A DNA stretch of 64,000 nt from Auanema rhodensis (Eukaryota; Animalia; Nematoda): assembly GCA_964057225.1 (NCBI GenBank), contig OZ059898.1, positions 10,664,001 to 10,728,000 on the forward strand, in the 5' to 3' direction. Positions 37,504 to 51,688 of this stretch are shown in pieces. How positions within the stretch are numbered: the first letter of the stretch is position 1; each line of letters begins with the position of its first letter. Under the pieces are notes generated by a model. It was not told the origin of the DNA and ran no database searches. It saw only the letters and a program-made list of their open reading frames with translations. A program made the translations under genes and the position numbers.

Positions 37504-37764
37504 AGCGAAAGTAGTAGATGAATATTATTTTTATTTTTCATGTATTACGAGATTAGTAAAATAAATTTTTAACCAAATGTTTCTTCTGCGTTGAACAAAC
37601 AAATGAGTAAAAAGTGGGAGGGTGCAATAGTATTGAGTACACATTAGATAATTCGGTTTTCTAGAATCGATAGCTATCGTCATCCGAATGACTTCTTCGA
37701 TTCATTGATTTTTACTTTTGTCCCAACTATACAAATGTTTCAAATTATATCTTTCAGATCTAGA

Positions 37765-38430
37765 ATGAACCATCATCATCACCACCACGTTCATCGTCAT
37801 GATTGTGATTATGTTGCACAGGTGATTTTATGAAAAGTTGGATTATTGCACAAGTTCATTGAAGCCAGATGCCTGCCCTCCAATGTACACGAATCAACCT
37901 GGCTATCATCATCCAGGACCTCAACCGTATTATCCACAGGCTGTCCCCCAGCCTGTAATGTGAGTTAGCCATTTTTCCTATTTTTTTTTGTATCAAAAAA
38001 TGTTTTCTGAATTTAACGTTTAGTATTGATATGGTGTATGAGATAGATCGTTTTTCTCAGCAAATATTCCTGTTTAAATATATGAAAAGAATATTTTTGA
38101 GGTGAAAGTTCGGATCAGTAAATGTTAAAGAATGGGCTCTCTTTTGGGGCTTTAACGTAAGCCGCAGTCTGATCTTGAGGGAATAGTTAGAGTTTTAACC
38201 CTACTTTTTGAGAATACTCCGAGCTGGGGGAATAACTTTGAATACAGCAAATGATCGAACAGGATTTTTTCAATACTTGTGATACTATTTTTAGTGTTGA
38301 ACAGCCATATTATAATCGTAACAACAGAGGATTAGGAAGTGGTGGTTGTTTTGCAGCCTTGTTGGCCGGGTTGTGTTGCGGCTGCTGTTTGGAAAATTGC
38401 TGTGAAGATCTATGCTGCTGTTGCTGCTAA
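37765..38430 (+). CDS. His/Pro/Tyr-rich protein with C-terminal cysteine-rich CYSTM anchor
   Basis: MNHHHHHHVHRH...PPMYTNQPGYHHPGPQPYYPQ...SGGCFAALLAGLCCGCCLENCCEDLCCCCC*. Confidence 0.75.
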
Positions 38431-38614
38431 TTTGAATTTCAAGAAAATGTTAAATATAATGGAATTAAAAAAAGATACCAATAAAATATACAACATTTTT
38501 TAAAGTGTATTTCTATAGAATACTTAACATTCCCTTATGTATGTATCAGTGCCAACCCGGTTCGCAGTATTTGCTATATTTTAGAACTTTAAGAAATCCG
38601 AATCCTGAGAACGC

Positions 38615-39450
38615 ATGAGGCGAAATATGCTTCTTCTATTGTCTTACTATCCGATTTTTTTCAACTTAAGCTTTTGGGGGTTGCTTGTCTCATATACATA
38701 TTGCCGCAAATACAAGAAAGCTGTCAAAGCAGATATGACCTCTAATTATCCGGAAACTATTGTTACTCCTGTTTACGCAGAGCGTTTATTCAAACAAATT
38801 TGTGTGATTTCTTGTTGGTATGGCGTAGGGATGGCACTTTTGTTTGTTGGAATATATGCAGCTGAATAAGCCTATTTTCGGCTATGATCTGGATACTGTT
38901 GAAGCTCCTCATTCTTCGGCAAAACTCGCTAACGAGTGAACGCCCAAACGAAACTGACAAATGTAAGTCTTTTTATATAGATTCAAATAACTAATTCGCT
39001 CTTCTCTTTCAGCGGTTAGTTTCACGACTAATAATAATTACTTGTCATGCGTATAATCTTAGTTATTATGTTTGTTTCATATGATCTTACAAGCACTTGG
39101 GCTCTACCACCAAAAGGTTCTTGGTCTAATGTGTGATATTATTTTTCATTGTTGTAATATTACTAGGATGTACGTCATGTATGTTGACACATATAGAGAG
39201 TCATCACCGAAACCCAGGGAAATACAGCACCGAAAAGCTATTAAACGCTGACAATTGCTTTGTTGGGTATTGAATTGTGATTCGTCTTAAGGCAATTTAA
39301 TTCAGATACAAAGATTTTATTGTTCAGGCCAGACAGAAAAATCTGAAACTTTTGTACAAGTTGGTTTCGTAACAAGTTTTTTTGAATTTTGTACTTGTTG
39401 TAGTTCAATTTCGGTCAGAGCGGCTTTTTTGCGTCTGGTAATCAAATAAT
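38615..39450 (+). CDS. Uncharacterised small membrane protein (boundaries uncertain)
   Basis: Short GT-AG introns link ..FKQICVISC|CLFSAMIWILLKLLIL..NETDK|..WALPPK|GCTSCML..NCFVG|YKDF; no family recognised. Confidence 0.4.
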
Positions 39451-39859
39451 TGATTTACAATGTAATCAGCATGGTATGTTTGATGTTCTTACAAGAATAA
39501 TTTCAGTATGAATTGAAAGAAAATTTATTGAGTTGTTAAGGTGAGTGGATAATTGAACGAGACCGAGCAGTTCTAGTCGTAGAATCGATGGCTTGCTTAT
39601 CCACGTGAATTCGGAAAGCGCTTGTCTAGTTTAATTTTAATAAAAAAAATAATAATGTAAACAGTATTGAAAATCAAACTAATACTTTTGGTATAAACGT
39701 TCTACGTATATGTATCTAGTTCTATTTCTTTAAACTATGAACAATAATTTCTTCATGTACTTACTGTCTTGTAACATATTATATGGACAGATAAATCTTT
39801 AATGCTGCGTTGAGATCATTGTTTTTAAAATTAAAATGTCAACAACTACTGTCGTAATT

Positions 39860-42653
39860 CTAAATAGGACAGACCTCATTGGATAAATCTTTCAAATCCA
39901 CGTAACCATAATTCTCACTATCAGAATTCAACAGGACTGTAAGTTTCTCTCGAATCTGTAGCCAAAACAAAATATATTTTTTCAAAATATATTATAACAT
40001 GCCTCATTAATATTCATTCGCATTTTTGGATCAGCATCCCAGGTATTGATCATTATAGTGTAACTGGAAGTGTTTAAATAATTTTTTTAATATGCTATGA
40101 AAGATCCGCTAACAAAGAGGAATGTCGTGAAAAATCAACAAATCCTATTGTTTAGACTCACATTTCATTAGAAGCATAATCCGGTTGAGGAAGACGATTC
40201 CCTTGCTCAAGAAATGCTGGCATATCATGTGGCTGAACAGTCTGATAGGGTGCTTGCCCTAGAGAGTAGAGCTCGTACAAGAGCACTCCAAATGACCATC
40301 TAAAGAATGAGAAAGAGTTCAACTTCCAGCCCATTTTTGAAAATTAAACTTTTTGGGCATAAATTAAAACATACACATCTGATTTCAAGGAGTATTCATA
40401 GTACTTTAACGACTCGATAGCCATCCATTTAATTGGTAGAAGTCCTCCTTTTGCAGTATACATACTTGTTTCAGTAGTGCGACATAAACCGAAGTCTCCA
40501 ATCTATAAAATTAGATACGTTATCGAATACTTAAGTATTAGTAATACTTTTGCTGACATAAATTTTGTTAACAACACATTTCGAGCAGCAATATCACGAT
40601 GAATATAGTTGTGCGAACTTAAATAGTTCTGAAAGACTATGTGTTCGAAGAAGTAAGCAAAAACATATTTAGACTTACAATTCCGTCACTTATCTGCCAT
40701 GCAATTGACAAAAGGTGTTTCGGTGTTAAAGGACTTTCTTCGATTTCGGACGAAACTAGCTGCATAAAAAGAATTGCAAGTGTAAAACATTTATTCAAAT
40801 CACTTGCCTTTTCAAAGTTTGTCCTATGTTTTCGCAAATAAGATTGCAAGTCACCATTTTCGCAATATTCCAGAACAATCATTGGATTGACTACTGATGT
40901 TATAACACCAAATAAACTAAATAAGAGCGTGCCAATTTACACATATAATTTCAAGTAGTACCATACCTAAGTACATGAGGATGATATCCTAGTGTTTTCA
41001 TAAACTTCATTTCGTGTTTGAAATCAATACGGTTTGCAGCAGAAGCATGTGGGGGAAGCTTTTTGACAGCTACCTAATACATTCCTTTATATTTAAATTA
41101 AATCGTTTTGTATTCAAAACCTGATAATGCTGATTGTTCTCTCGTTGAATATCCAGTCTCAAAGTATTTCCACTTCGAGTAACCAATGGTATATCTCCTA
41201 AACTAAGTCAATAAGTCAATAATTTAATATTTTATTGATTTAGTTTTATATAAGAAAAACCTTGAAGATAAGCTAGATAAACATTTGCGAAAGCTCCACT
41301 TCCAATAATTCTGCTTTCGCAAAGAAGAAGGTTTTCTTTTTCTATTTCCCAATCGTCAGTTCTGAAACAAGACGTGTAGATTAAAAAATAGAATTGAAAC
41401 TTACTCAAAACAAATATTTTCTATATCCTGATATTGGTTCGATGTTCCGAGAGTATTGGTATTTGAAGTTATGACGTTGTCATCCCTAATTTTGAATGAT
41501 TCGTTAACTGAATTTATAGTACTGATTTACCTTTCTTTCGTTGTGGCATTTTTACGATCTATAAGAAAAGCTTTCCATTCAAATATTTCTTTCTTAAACC
41601 GATAGTAGCATTTCCACATAATGCAAAGTAGGAGAGCTAATATACCCAGAATTGAAAGTACCACAACCACTGAAATGAACTAAAAGTTAATTACATCTGA
41701 ATAAAACTCAATAGTATACCCCAAACAGGAACATTAGTGTCATCATTGGTCTTCTTTTTTCCTTAATTTTATTGCAAAGATTAGAATTATGCTTATTATT
41801 CATACCCTTTGGTTTATTAGTGGATGTATATACCAGTTCTGATCCCCATTTCAACGATGCTGCAAAATTCAATCCCGATTGCACTAGTTCAACAGATTCT
41901 GTCGCTGCTGGCTGTGCTATATCAAATGGTTTTATTAAAGTTTTAGGTTCAATTTCATCAATCTGTATGTCAAAAATAAACTTCAGAAACTAAATTAATT
42001 CTAGTTATCATTACCATCATTGGTATTTGACATATGAAAGGCAATTCATCCGAGCAGTTACGCATATACCAATTACCATCACCCGTTGCAAAGGCACATT
42101 TTCTAAAGCCTTTCAATGGCTCATCTAGAATAATTATTTCGCTGTTTTCTAGCGAGAACTAAAGACCAACTTTTGCCCCAGTTGTTGTAATCAAATGATG
42201 TACCATCAAACCATTTGTTGGACTTTTCAATACCTATCCAGAGCATTTTATGCAAAAAAAATTCTATAAAGGAGTTTTAGATTAGTATCCTTTTTGTTTA
42301 CTATTCAACGTTTTGTCATATTAAGAAGTTGTTCATTGGTCACATCATCATGAATAGATGGAAGGTGACCATTGGTTTGACGACAAACTCGTTCGGCCTG
42401 AATCAAAATGTTGGTTAACTTATACATACTTTTTGAAGAAGAAAGAGGAAATTTTAATAACTACCGAGATAAAGTTAGTAATTGCAATTGGACTATAGCA
42501 GCTAAATCCACTAAAAAAATTTTTTTAATATAGCTTTTACAAAGTAGGAACTCACTCCATTGAAGCATGTAATCCCCGCGGACAATCATAACAATATCCT
42601 GAATGTAAAACAAAGCTGAGGAGAAAAAATCTGTGTTTCAAGCACACAGTCAT
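39860..42653 (-). CDS. Receptor tyrosine kinase with a C-type lectin ectodomain
   Basis: Signal peptide; AERVCRQTNGHLPSIH..WIG..WFDGTSFDYNNW..C..W...C....FIC (CTLD); TM; VAVK, IHRDIAARNVL, DFGLCR, LPIKWMAIESL, DVWSFGVLLYE. Confidence 0.85.
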
Positions 42654-43037
42654 TGGGAGCGTAAAATGATGCTAACTCTGATAGCTTTAGATAAAACGTT
42701 AAGCGGATACGTTATCAAAGGTAAGCTTAAATCGATACGTGATTAATAAGAACAATTAATAAAAGTGCCATAGAGGAAAGATGAAACTAGATGATCATAT
42801 AACAGGCTAAATACACGAGAGTGAATTAATACAATGCATTAATAAGTGAATATTTCTGTTTTTTTAGATTAACAATATAGCTAACAAGTTTTCGAGTATT
42901 GATGACATTGACTTTTAACCATATCAGAACCTCCTCTTGAAGTTTCATGCTTATGTCAGTAATGTAATCCGCACCACTTGATAAGACTAAAGCACCCCTT
43001 AAAACGTAATAGCTGTGAAGATTTGCAAGCGAAACTA

Positions 43038-44816
43038 ATGAAATCTTTTCTCCTGTTTTTAATTATATTTATTGGTTTCGGAATTCAAATAGTTTTTTCG
43101 AATAAGAAGCAAGTGAAAACGCATGTGAGTTTACAAAGTTATGTTGAGAACTAAGATATAAGGCATTTTAGATCAACTTTCCACGAAAAGAAACTTCTGC
43201 TCATTATTCATACCAAAAAAACAATATATGTAGATGTTCGTCTAAGCATAATATAATTCATTTAATGGTTAAGCTATTTCAGTAAGTGAAATAGTCTGCT
43301 ACAAATGGAGAGTGATTACTTTAATCATGCTTCAAAATATGTCGCCTGACATATATCTCCAACAAATTCAAAACTTTGTTACTAAGGTTGACATGACTAA
43401 TTTTTGCCTGATAACAGTTAAATTAAATACGCAAATCGATTTTCAGGTTATTCATAACTGTGACAGCTCTAGTGAAATGGAGCTAATGCTACCTACTTTC
43501 GATATAGCAAGCTGCCCAGTACTTTATAAAGTAGGGATTTTTTATCTGACTTTCAATAGATTATATTTCCAGATTGGATCAGTGAATGAAACCGATTTAG
43601 TTAGCACAATAGTACCAATGCATGCTATAGTTCCTGATATTGTTAACTCTGGTAATTTGTTGTATCAACAACTTGAATTAATAGTATTTTGATTATTTTT
43701 TGAATATTGGATAACTTCGTTATAATTTAGGCTAACTGTACCAAGCAGCGGCCTCTGCAAGAACTTGAAGGCGGGGTTGTATTTGTTTTTACAAACATAG
43801 ACAGTATATATTTCAAAACAAGTGATAATTTACTAAATAATCAAAAAGAACTATACACTAGGATTGGACAAAATAGTTATCAAATTCGTATCCACGTTAT
43901 AAATTTAGTAACAGACAATCTCAACAGAACAGAAGGTGATAAAGGCTTAGAACATTATTTGCTCATCTATTGTTTGAAGACGAATCCGCTTTGTTATTCA
44001 GTGACTGTATTAACTTGTCCAGTATATGTGAGCTTTCGGTACATGGAAACACAACGAACTCCTTAATATCTGATGCTAGTGAGGAAATGACGTGCTCGAA
44101 AAAGCACAATCAACTTTCAACTGCAGGTATCCATACTTCTCGAAACTATTTTTAATGATGATATAGAGCTTACTATAATTATTGCTGTTCCATGTGTATT
44201 AGTAACTATTTTCTTTACAACTGCAGCAATTATAATTTATCAAAAGACTACTTCAAGTAATCGTCGGTTCATGCGATTTTGGATGAAGCAATCACGATCC
44301 CGAGTTAGGTGACTCTGTAACAATATTTTAATCATGCTTTATTGATTTCCTTTAAGAACACAATCAAAGGCTAGCATAACTTATAGGAAATCTACTGAGA
44401 TCAACAGCTATGTTGGGAAGTATGTTGACGTTTTATACAGTGAACTATTGGCCTTCTACAGATCGGATAATTGGGAAGTATCCCTCAGCAATTTAGTTAT
44501 TAATGAATCAGTAATACTGGGTTCGGGAGCTTCTTCTATAGTGAATATTGGATATCTCAAAGGTTTACAATAAAAATTGCTGTAAAATTGATATTGTTAT
44601 AGGTAAAAATCTTCATGCGACAAATCAAAAAGACTGTGAAGGAAGATATCAGGTGGCAGTTTAGATCTACGCCGAATAAGCACAAATAAACTACTTATAT
44701 CATTGTTTAGGTTGCTGTGAAGCGCTTGAAAAATCCTGATGAAGAAAGCAAAAAAATAGAATTCTTCAAAGAAATAGAGTTTATGAAGAATTTGAATATT
44801 CATAGCAACATTATAA

Positions 44817-44847
<31 letters not shown>

Positions 44848-45807
44848 TAATATATTATATTACTGTTATTTACATTTCTAGATTAATTGGTTGTGTATCT
44901 AATCCTTGGAACCCATTAATCATTTGTGAATTGTGCGAAAATGGTGATTTGCTTTCATTCCTCGCAAAATATCAAGTAAGATATTTTAAAGATAACTTAT
45001 TTCCGTTTTTCCATTTTGTAGACTAACCAATACAGTATTCCGTTATCAGATCTACTTCTTTGGTCTTGGCAAATTTCCGAAGGAATGGTATGGCACTAAA
45101 AATATATTTAATAGAAGTGTTTTAAGATATTTCTCTCTGAGAACAATATTATTCATAGAGATCTGGCAGCTCGAAACGTTTTACTTACTAAAGACTTTTT
45201 GTCGAAGGTGTCCTCATTTTTAGAATAGTGCTCTAAAATTATTTTCCTCAGATAGGTGATTTTGGTTTATGCCGTACTGTAAATGTATCTCTATATACTG
45301 CTAGAGGAGGCCATCTACCTATCAGATGGATGGCACTAGAATCTTTAAAATACTTAGACTACACAGTTGAAAGTGATGTGTATGTATTATTTTGCCCTTC
45401 AATGTAAACATTGTGTTCAGCTGGTCATATGCTATATTGTTGTACGAAATATTTTCTTATGGTTCATTGCCCTACCTGGAACTTGAAACAAAACAAATTC
45501 TCGAATTTTTAGAATCAGGAAAGCGTATCACTAAACCATTGTCATGCCCCGATTATATGTAAGTACCGCATTCTCATTTTCAAATATGTTATATAGGTTT
45601 TCAATGATGATGACATGCTGGTCCGAAAAGGCATCAGAAAGACCGAAGTTCAGAGAGGTTATTTTCTTTGACTTTGAACTTATTTTAATTTATAATGTTT
45701 TATTTCAGATAAGTTCTACAATTATGCATCATTTTTCTGGTAATATTAAAAAATACACTACACGATTGAAGGCCTTAGAACAGTCAAGAAATTTGGAGAA
45801 AGAATAA
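43038..45807 (+). CDS. Receptor tyrosine kinase (nematode-type, unrecognised ectodomain)
   Basis: Signal peptide; TM IIIAVPCVLVTIFLTTAAIII; LGSGASS; VAVK; IIHRDLAARNVLL; DFGLCR; LPIRWMALESL. Confidence 0.85.
44820..44847. repeat. (TA)n microsatellite in an intron
   Basis: tatatata... run. Confidence 0.9.
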
Positions 45808-46097
45808 TTTTCATTCAAGCAGAAAACGCACGAATACTTTGACGTACTATATATACAAAACAGTTTCTTACGGAAAAATAATTTCACTATCATCCAATGT
45901 AATTGCAAACTTAGACATGAACTGAAAAATTCTCAATGAATAGGGCGTGGCGACGCTCATGGGTCCCACACGGATACGCAATACTGTGCTTAATTAGAAT
46001 GCTGGTCGTTTGAATTTGTTTTAAATAAAGTTTCAGCGTTGTTATGTGTTATATGTATTATTTATTTATAAATTCAAGCGGTTTCTTAATTTCAGTT

Positions 46098-46870
46098 ATG
46101 GGAAGTTCCGATAAATTAGTAATTCCTGGGGAATGTATATTTCCATCAAAAGAAAATTTACGACCAGGGCAGGGCACATACGAATTGCATGGTAGAATAT
46201 ATGCATCGCTTACAGGTTATGTCTTTATGAAAGATGAGCTGAAAGTATTGAATTAATTGTCTTAAATTGCAATATGATTGCTTTAGGGTGACAAATTAGT
46301 GCAAGTAGTAGAAGTACGTAGAAGTGAGGAGCAGAAAGATCATGTAATACCTTACATTGATGGTATAGTTACTGCACGTGTTTTAAACATTGGTCAGAGG
46401 TATAGTAGTAGAAACGGTTTCATAAACGCATTCATATTTTTTTTGATTTGCTAAATGTGAACTTCTTTGTGTAGAAGATACTCCCTTGACTTCAGAGTAT
46501 TCGGCTATTTTAAGGAAAGAAGATATTCGATCAACTGAAAGGGATAAGGTAATTTTTTTTCTCTTTTTTGAAACAGACATTTATTAAAGGCTGAAATTGC
46601 AAAATGCTATCAACCAGGCGATATAATTCTTGCTCGCGTTCTTAGTTTTGGCGATAATATATCTTCGTTCCTTTTAACAACAGCTGAAGATCAGCTAGGA
46701 GTGGTAGGGTTCCAATGCTCTCTTCAATATTTACTCTTTTGCAGGTTTCCAGCATTAGTACCAACGAAGAAAGGCTTGTCCCGTGCGATTGGGAATCGGT
46801 AAAAGGCGTGAAAACTGGCATCACTGAATCCAGGAAAGTTGCACAAGTACCTGTGCTTAATAGGTTTTAA
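46098..46870 (+). CDS. exos-1: Exosome complex component CSL4/EXOSC1
   Basis: VIPGE..PGQGTYE..IYASLTG; IVTARV..R|FAKC..ILRKEDIRSTERDK|..PGDIILARV..LTTAEDQLGVV..ESRKVAQV. Confidence 0.92.
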
Positions 46871-46994
46871 AATGTTTACAAAAAAATATAAAGATTTTCA
46901 TTTACTTATCTTTAAAACATGTATTTTTCAATGTTCATATATCTGTAACATTATTTTTTTTTCTCGTGTTGAACATATGTTATAGCTACGACTT

Positions 46995-49567
46995 ATGGAG
47001 TATGGGAATGGGCCTTTCCATCCTTATCCTTATTTGTCTGGGAACGTTCCACCACAGCCAATATATAATGGGTAATAACTCCTTGTTTTATTCTTAAATT
47101 AGCTTTTTAGATATAATACATCAAACTCAGCTTTTTTCTTTCCTCAACCTCCAAATCCAAGTCCCATCACAGAGTCTTACGGAAGTTCAGGTTCATATAG
47201 AACGGATATATCATCCTATCAGGTTAGGATATATCGTGTACTTGTCTCAGTGATTGTTTTAGGATAATATGTCCGGTAGATGGATACAACCTCCGGATTA
47301 TCGGCCCACGGGTTATCGCCAAGTACTAGTGAACCCTGATCAGGACGACCTGTGAGCTTTTGCAATTATATCGTACTAACTATATTTACTACAGGGTTAT
47401 TGAAAGGTCGTACACACCCTCATTCCAAGGAAGTGGACCGCCAATTTATCCTGATGAAAGTCACGATGAAGTTTTTTTTTTCTTTTTTCTTATTATATTA
47501 TATATTTTGTAAGATGAGACCTATTGTTGCATTTTGCATGACAGCCGAGCAGTTAAATGTTGCAGAAAAATTGCAGGCGATTTTAAACCAGCTTAACTTG
47601 CTATCTGGCGAAATGCGCGAAGTTGGTTTATATTTGAAAACGTTTAAAACGTTGTTTTTAGCCATTAAAAGAATTGTCGGCAAGACCTGGTAAAGAAGAG
47701 GATAGTTTACGTGAATTTCCTACTAAGAAAGCAATAACACCAAAGAATCTTATAGCGAATGAAGACCCTATGAGAATTGTAGTTAACACCAGCAATAAGT
47801 TGATACGAAAACCGAAATCAGTTACAGGTAACAGTATACTTCGCACCACAATCATGTTCAATTTCTAGTTTCCGGGGATTCCTGCGGTCCTGATGTCCAG
47901 TCAAATGATGTATTAGTTGTTGATAGCTCAAAGCGTAATTTTTTCTTTTTTTCATTTTTCATTCTTATTCCTAGAGAGCGTTAGATCATTGACAAACTGG
48001 GCACCAACTATCAATACAGTTAATCAAATTTTCACAATTATTTATCTATTTATATATTTAAGAAAAAACGAAAAGTTGGTCATATACCAAGTGTCCCAGG
48101 AAGTTTTTCTAGTGATAGCTCTGCTACTAAATGGGTCAAGCCTATCGACTTAAATAAGTCAACGGACTCTGTTCCTCTTTCGAATGAACGTGAAGGTGAG
48201 TAAATCATTATATATGCATATATATTTAAAACTAGCTGGATTTAAGAAGAATCAGTTCAGTGGTATGATTCAAGGATAGTTATGCCTATTCCTCTGAAAA
48301 TAGAAGTTTAGTTAATAAAGCTTCTTTTTCTAATGTTTTAGTTTAAGGGTGATGCTGTAATTTTGCACGAGGAGCCCAATACTTTTGAAAGAACACCAAG
48401 AGAAGAGGAATTTCCGAGTGTGAAGAATGGGAAATCTGGATCAGAAACATTGCTAAACGCAACCCAAAATACATATTCTACTTCTAATTTAAATTCTTGC
48501 CAACTTTCAAGTAGAGGTTGGAATAAATACTTTAATGAGAAATTCTTCTCGAAAATTTAGGTAGAAATGATGATTCGAGAAGTCAAGAGCGCAATTATTT
48601 AGAGGTAATTTTTTTCCCATTCAATGAATTCTAAAATGAACGAATCTTTTTATTTCTGAAAATTGGCATGCAAATTTTCTTATTTTAGGGACCATATTCG
48701 TCAAAAGGATCGTATTCTCTTAGGATTATTAAAGGTCACCGAATACATGGTGATTCTCGTGTGTGCTATGCTCACCTCGAAGGAAAGTGTACAGCAGGAA
48801 TTTTCTGTAGATTTGATCATTCAGGAACAGTTAAACGGTCTTGTTCCAGGTGATTCTACTGAATCATTCTGTCTGTATTAAGTTTCTCTTTAGGCTTCTG
48901 AGAGGTGTGTGTAGGCCCGACAATAAGAGTTGTTCTGCACCTCACTATAACCTTTTGAAACACCAATATCCTGTTTGCTCTTTTTATCTTAGAGGTGATT
49001 GCTCGGCTTGGCCAAAGTGTTTATTACTTCATGTAAAGCACTCACCAGGAACTACATTTTGTTCAGATTTTGGGAAAGGTTCTTGTTTTAGAGGAATAGA
49101 AGTGAGTTTTCAAAATGATCTTTTGTGTTACTTACCATGTTAGACCTACCATGTTGGTCATTTGGTTAAATATGTGACTGTGTTAGAAGTCCCACTGGTT
49201 CTATTCCTGGCGATGACGAATTAATGACGAGTGATGGGTGGGAATCGTAAGGCCTTACCGTTTAGGACTTGCGCACTCGTGAGATATATGTCTAATCTTC
49301 TCTCCGAGCCAGACTTCTTTCTAAATTCATTAAAACTCTTAAACTTGTTTCTCCGATTTGAAAAAAATATTGTTTAGTGTGAATATGTGCATTCGTACCA
49401 AAGGCACGTTATAAAATCCGTAGAAGATTTCGGTTTTTCACAGCCCGACGAGTAAGTTTCCAATTATTTGATCCTTAACTGACTATTTCTACTTCAGTGA
49501 GAACCGAGAAGTCGAGAGAGATATTGATAACACGGAGACCGGTATATTGAATTGGATAGAGGATTGA
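46995..49567 (+). CDS. CCCH zinc-finger protein (ZC3H3-like C-terminal fingers)
   Basis: CYAHLEGKCTAGIFCRFDH..CIKFL..LLRGVC..CSAPH..PVCSFYLRGDCSAWPKCLLLHVK..CSDFGKGSCFRGIE|CEYVH after a low-complexity N-terminus. Confidence 0.7.
49148..49300 (+). mobile_element. Possible tRNA-derived SINE or degenerate tRNA within a long intron
   Basis: A-box-like TGGTCATTTGG (49155-49165) and B-box-like GGTTCTATTCC (49197-49207) with tRNA spacing; the intron is ~275 nt versus the usual ~45. Confidence 0.35.
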
Positions 49568-49926
49568 AGTTAGTCGAAAACGATTAATATATTAAGCAGA
49601 AATGCCATATTGTTTTTCTTATGATTCCAGGCACCAATATGTCATATTCAGGTATAGTTTTAGTAATAGTCGGGATATTCCCGGCTGTTTGTTTGAAGAT
49701 GATTGGGTGCTATAGAAGTCTTTCTTTAAAGTTGATATGTTCATTCTTTTATGTTATGTTATAAATATATATTGACAATTTATGTTCCTTTTTTTATTCA
49801 GGTTTATTTGCCATATCTATTTAGTATCAGATTTTTTTCCTTAGAGTTTATCTTTTAATTTAGCTGTCTTTGAGGCGTCGTCGTTATTTTCGTCCCGACG
49901 AAGAGGGCACAGGAACATCAGCCGAT

Positions 49927-51688
49927 ATGTCCATTGACGCAGAATCAATGCAGCACGACGTACAAGAAGAAATAGTTACTGAAACCAAGTTTGTGTATAT
50001 TCTTTGAAGTTAACCAATATTTTTAAGAGATATTCACGAAGGAGAGCTTCTAAGAACACAGAGGGCGGCTTCAGTTAACAATCGGTCATGGCATACTCTT
50101 ATTCCTGGTAAAAGAGGCTATAGCGATATGCAGGTATTTGTAATTTTTTCTCACTACGTAGGATTCCGCAAGTTTAGAATGATGAAGAAATGGATGAAGA
50201 AATAGATGATCACTTCGTGCAACAGCAGCAATATAGAAGACCACCACCAGAAGGTCCCAGAAAAAGAGGTCGTCCTCGCAAGTTTCCAGCCGGGGTTCCA
50301 CCGCCTGAGTTTCTATCAAAAGTACAACAAAGAAATATGGAGTCACACGTAGGTCATTCGAAATCTTATGATCATTATTTCTTTTGTGCAGGATGTAGAA
50401 TATGAAGATGAGCGACACGCAGGATCTTCGAACATGAGTACACGGGGTGTCTCGCGATCTCATATGGTTGGCAGGGGTGGGTCCACTATGGCAGGTAGTT
50501 AACGAAGAAAAAATCTTTCACGTATCAGTTTTTTTTAGGAGCACCGCCCAGGTTAGCCCAACCAGGTCACATGCGTATGCCTCCCCCAGTTGGACAAGCT
50601 GCCCATATAGCGTCACAACGTTTGCCTTCGTTAACAGGAGGTCCTCCAAAAGAGAATAAACCTTTAAAAGTAGTTACCTTACTGTTAGTTTCCGAATAAT
50701 GAAATCTGAACAGAATTTCGTTTTTAGACCGAATTCTAGAAGAAGTGGTGCTGGGCCAGCACGTCCGATTGTAAGTGGGATTAGAACTCTTGGTCAACCA
50801 CCAGCAGCGAGAGCACGAGCTCCTCAATTACCCATTGAAAAACAAGTAACTTTTAGTGATTATGTTTTCAAAAATTATATTCGGAAATTTAGGCGGAGCA
50901 AATTATCAATCAAGCTGTAAAAATGGGAGATAGATTAGTCTCTGGTCAATCCCTGGGCGAATTCAATAGGCTCATAGAGCAACTTAATGTAAGTATACTC
51001 AGGATTAAAAATGTTGAAAATGAAAAACTAAATGTAGCCATTTACAGTCCCAAATATCAACCCTGCAAGATGATAATCGAAAACTTAATACTTTATATAC
51101 AGGTCTTTTAGAGTTCAAGGATAATAGGTTTTTAATTTTTCTTAAAATACATAAATACCTAATTTTTTAGAATTAAACAACTAGAAACTCAAGTTGAGCG
51201 TCTTCAAACGGAATTAGCATCATCGGTTAGAAATTGGCAAGCCCAGCTGTTGATGCCTGAGATTACCGAAAATGAAAACAAAGAGCAAGATGGTCAAATT
51301 GCACTCCAACCAGGAGTATGTGCTATATTATTTTAGTCGTATCAATATTTTTTAATTTTTAGGTTAGGAATCGTACTGTTGTTCAATCACCGAATGGAAA
51401 TTGGCTTATCACTGTACAGTTTCGGTTATTAATTCTTTATACTGTCTGAATTTCAGGATCGCTACGTAAGGGAAAATGACAACGGAGAAGTAACAGAGGA
51501 GATAATAGAACAGGAAGTAGATCATCAAACCTTTATACGTATGGAACAAGAAAGCTTTGTAACAGCTGAAGATGGTTAGCATTTAGCGATTACCAATATA
51601 TTTAACTATTTCTTTGACAGAGCAAGGGGTCCACGAAGAAGTTATTGATGAGCAACAGCTAAGTACTGGTGAGCATCAGCTAGATTAA
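49927..51688 (+). CDS. AT-hook, Pro-rich and coiled-coil protein (possibly attf-2-like)
   Basis: PRKRGRPRK AT-hook, Pro/Gly-rich middle, coiled coil IKQLETQVERLQTEL, acidic tail; start uncertain. Confidence 0.65.
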
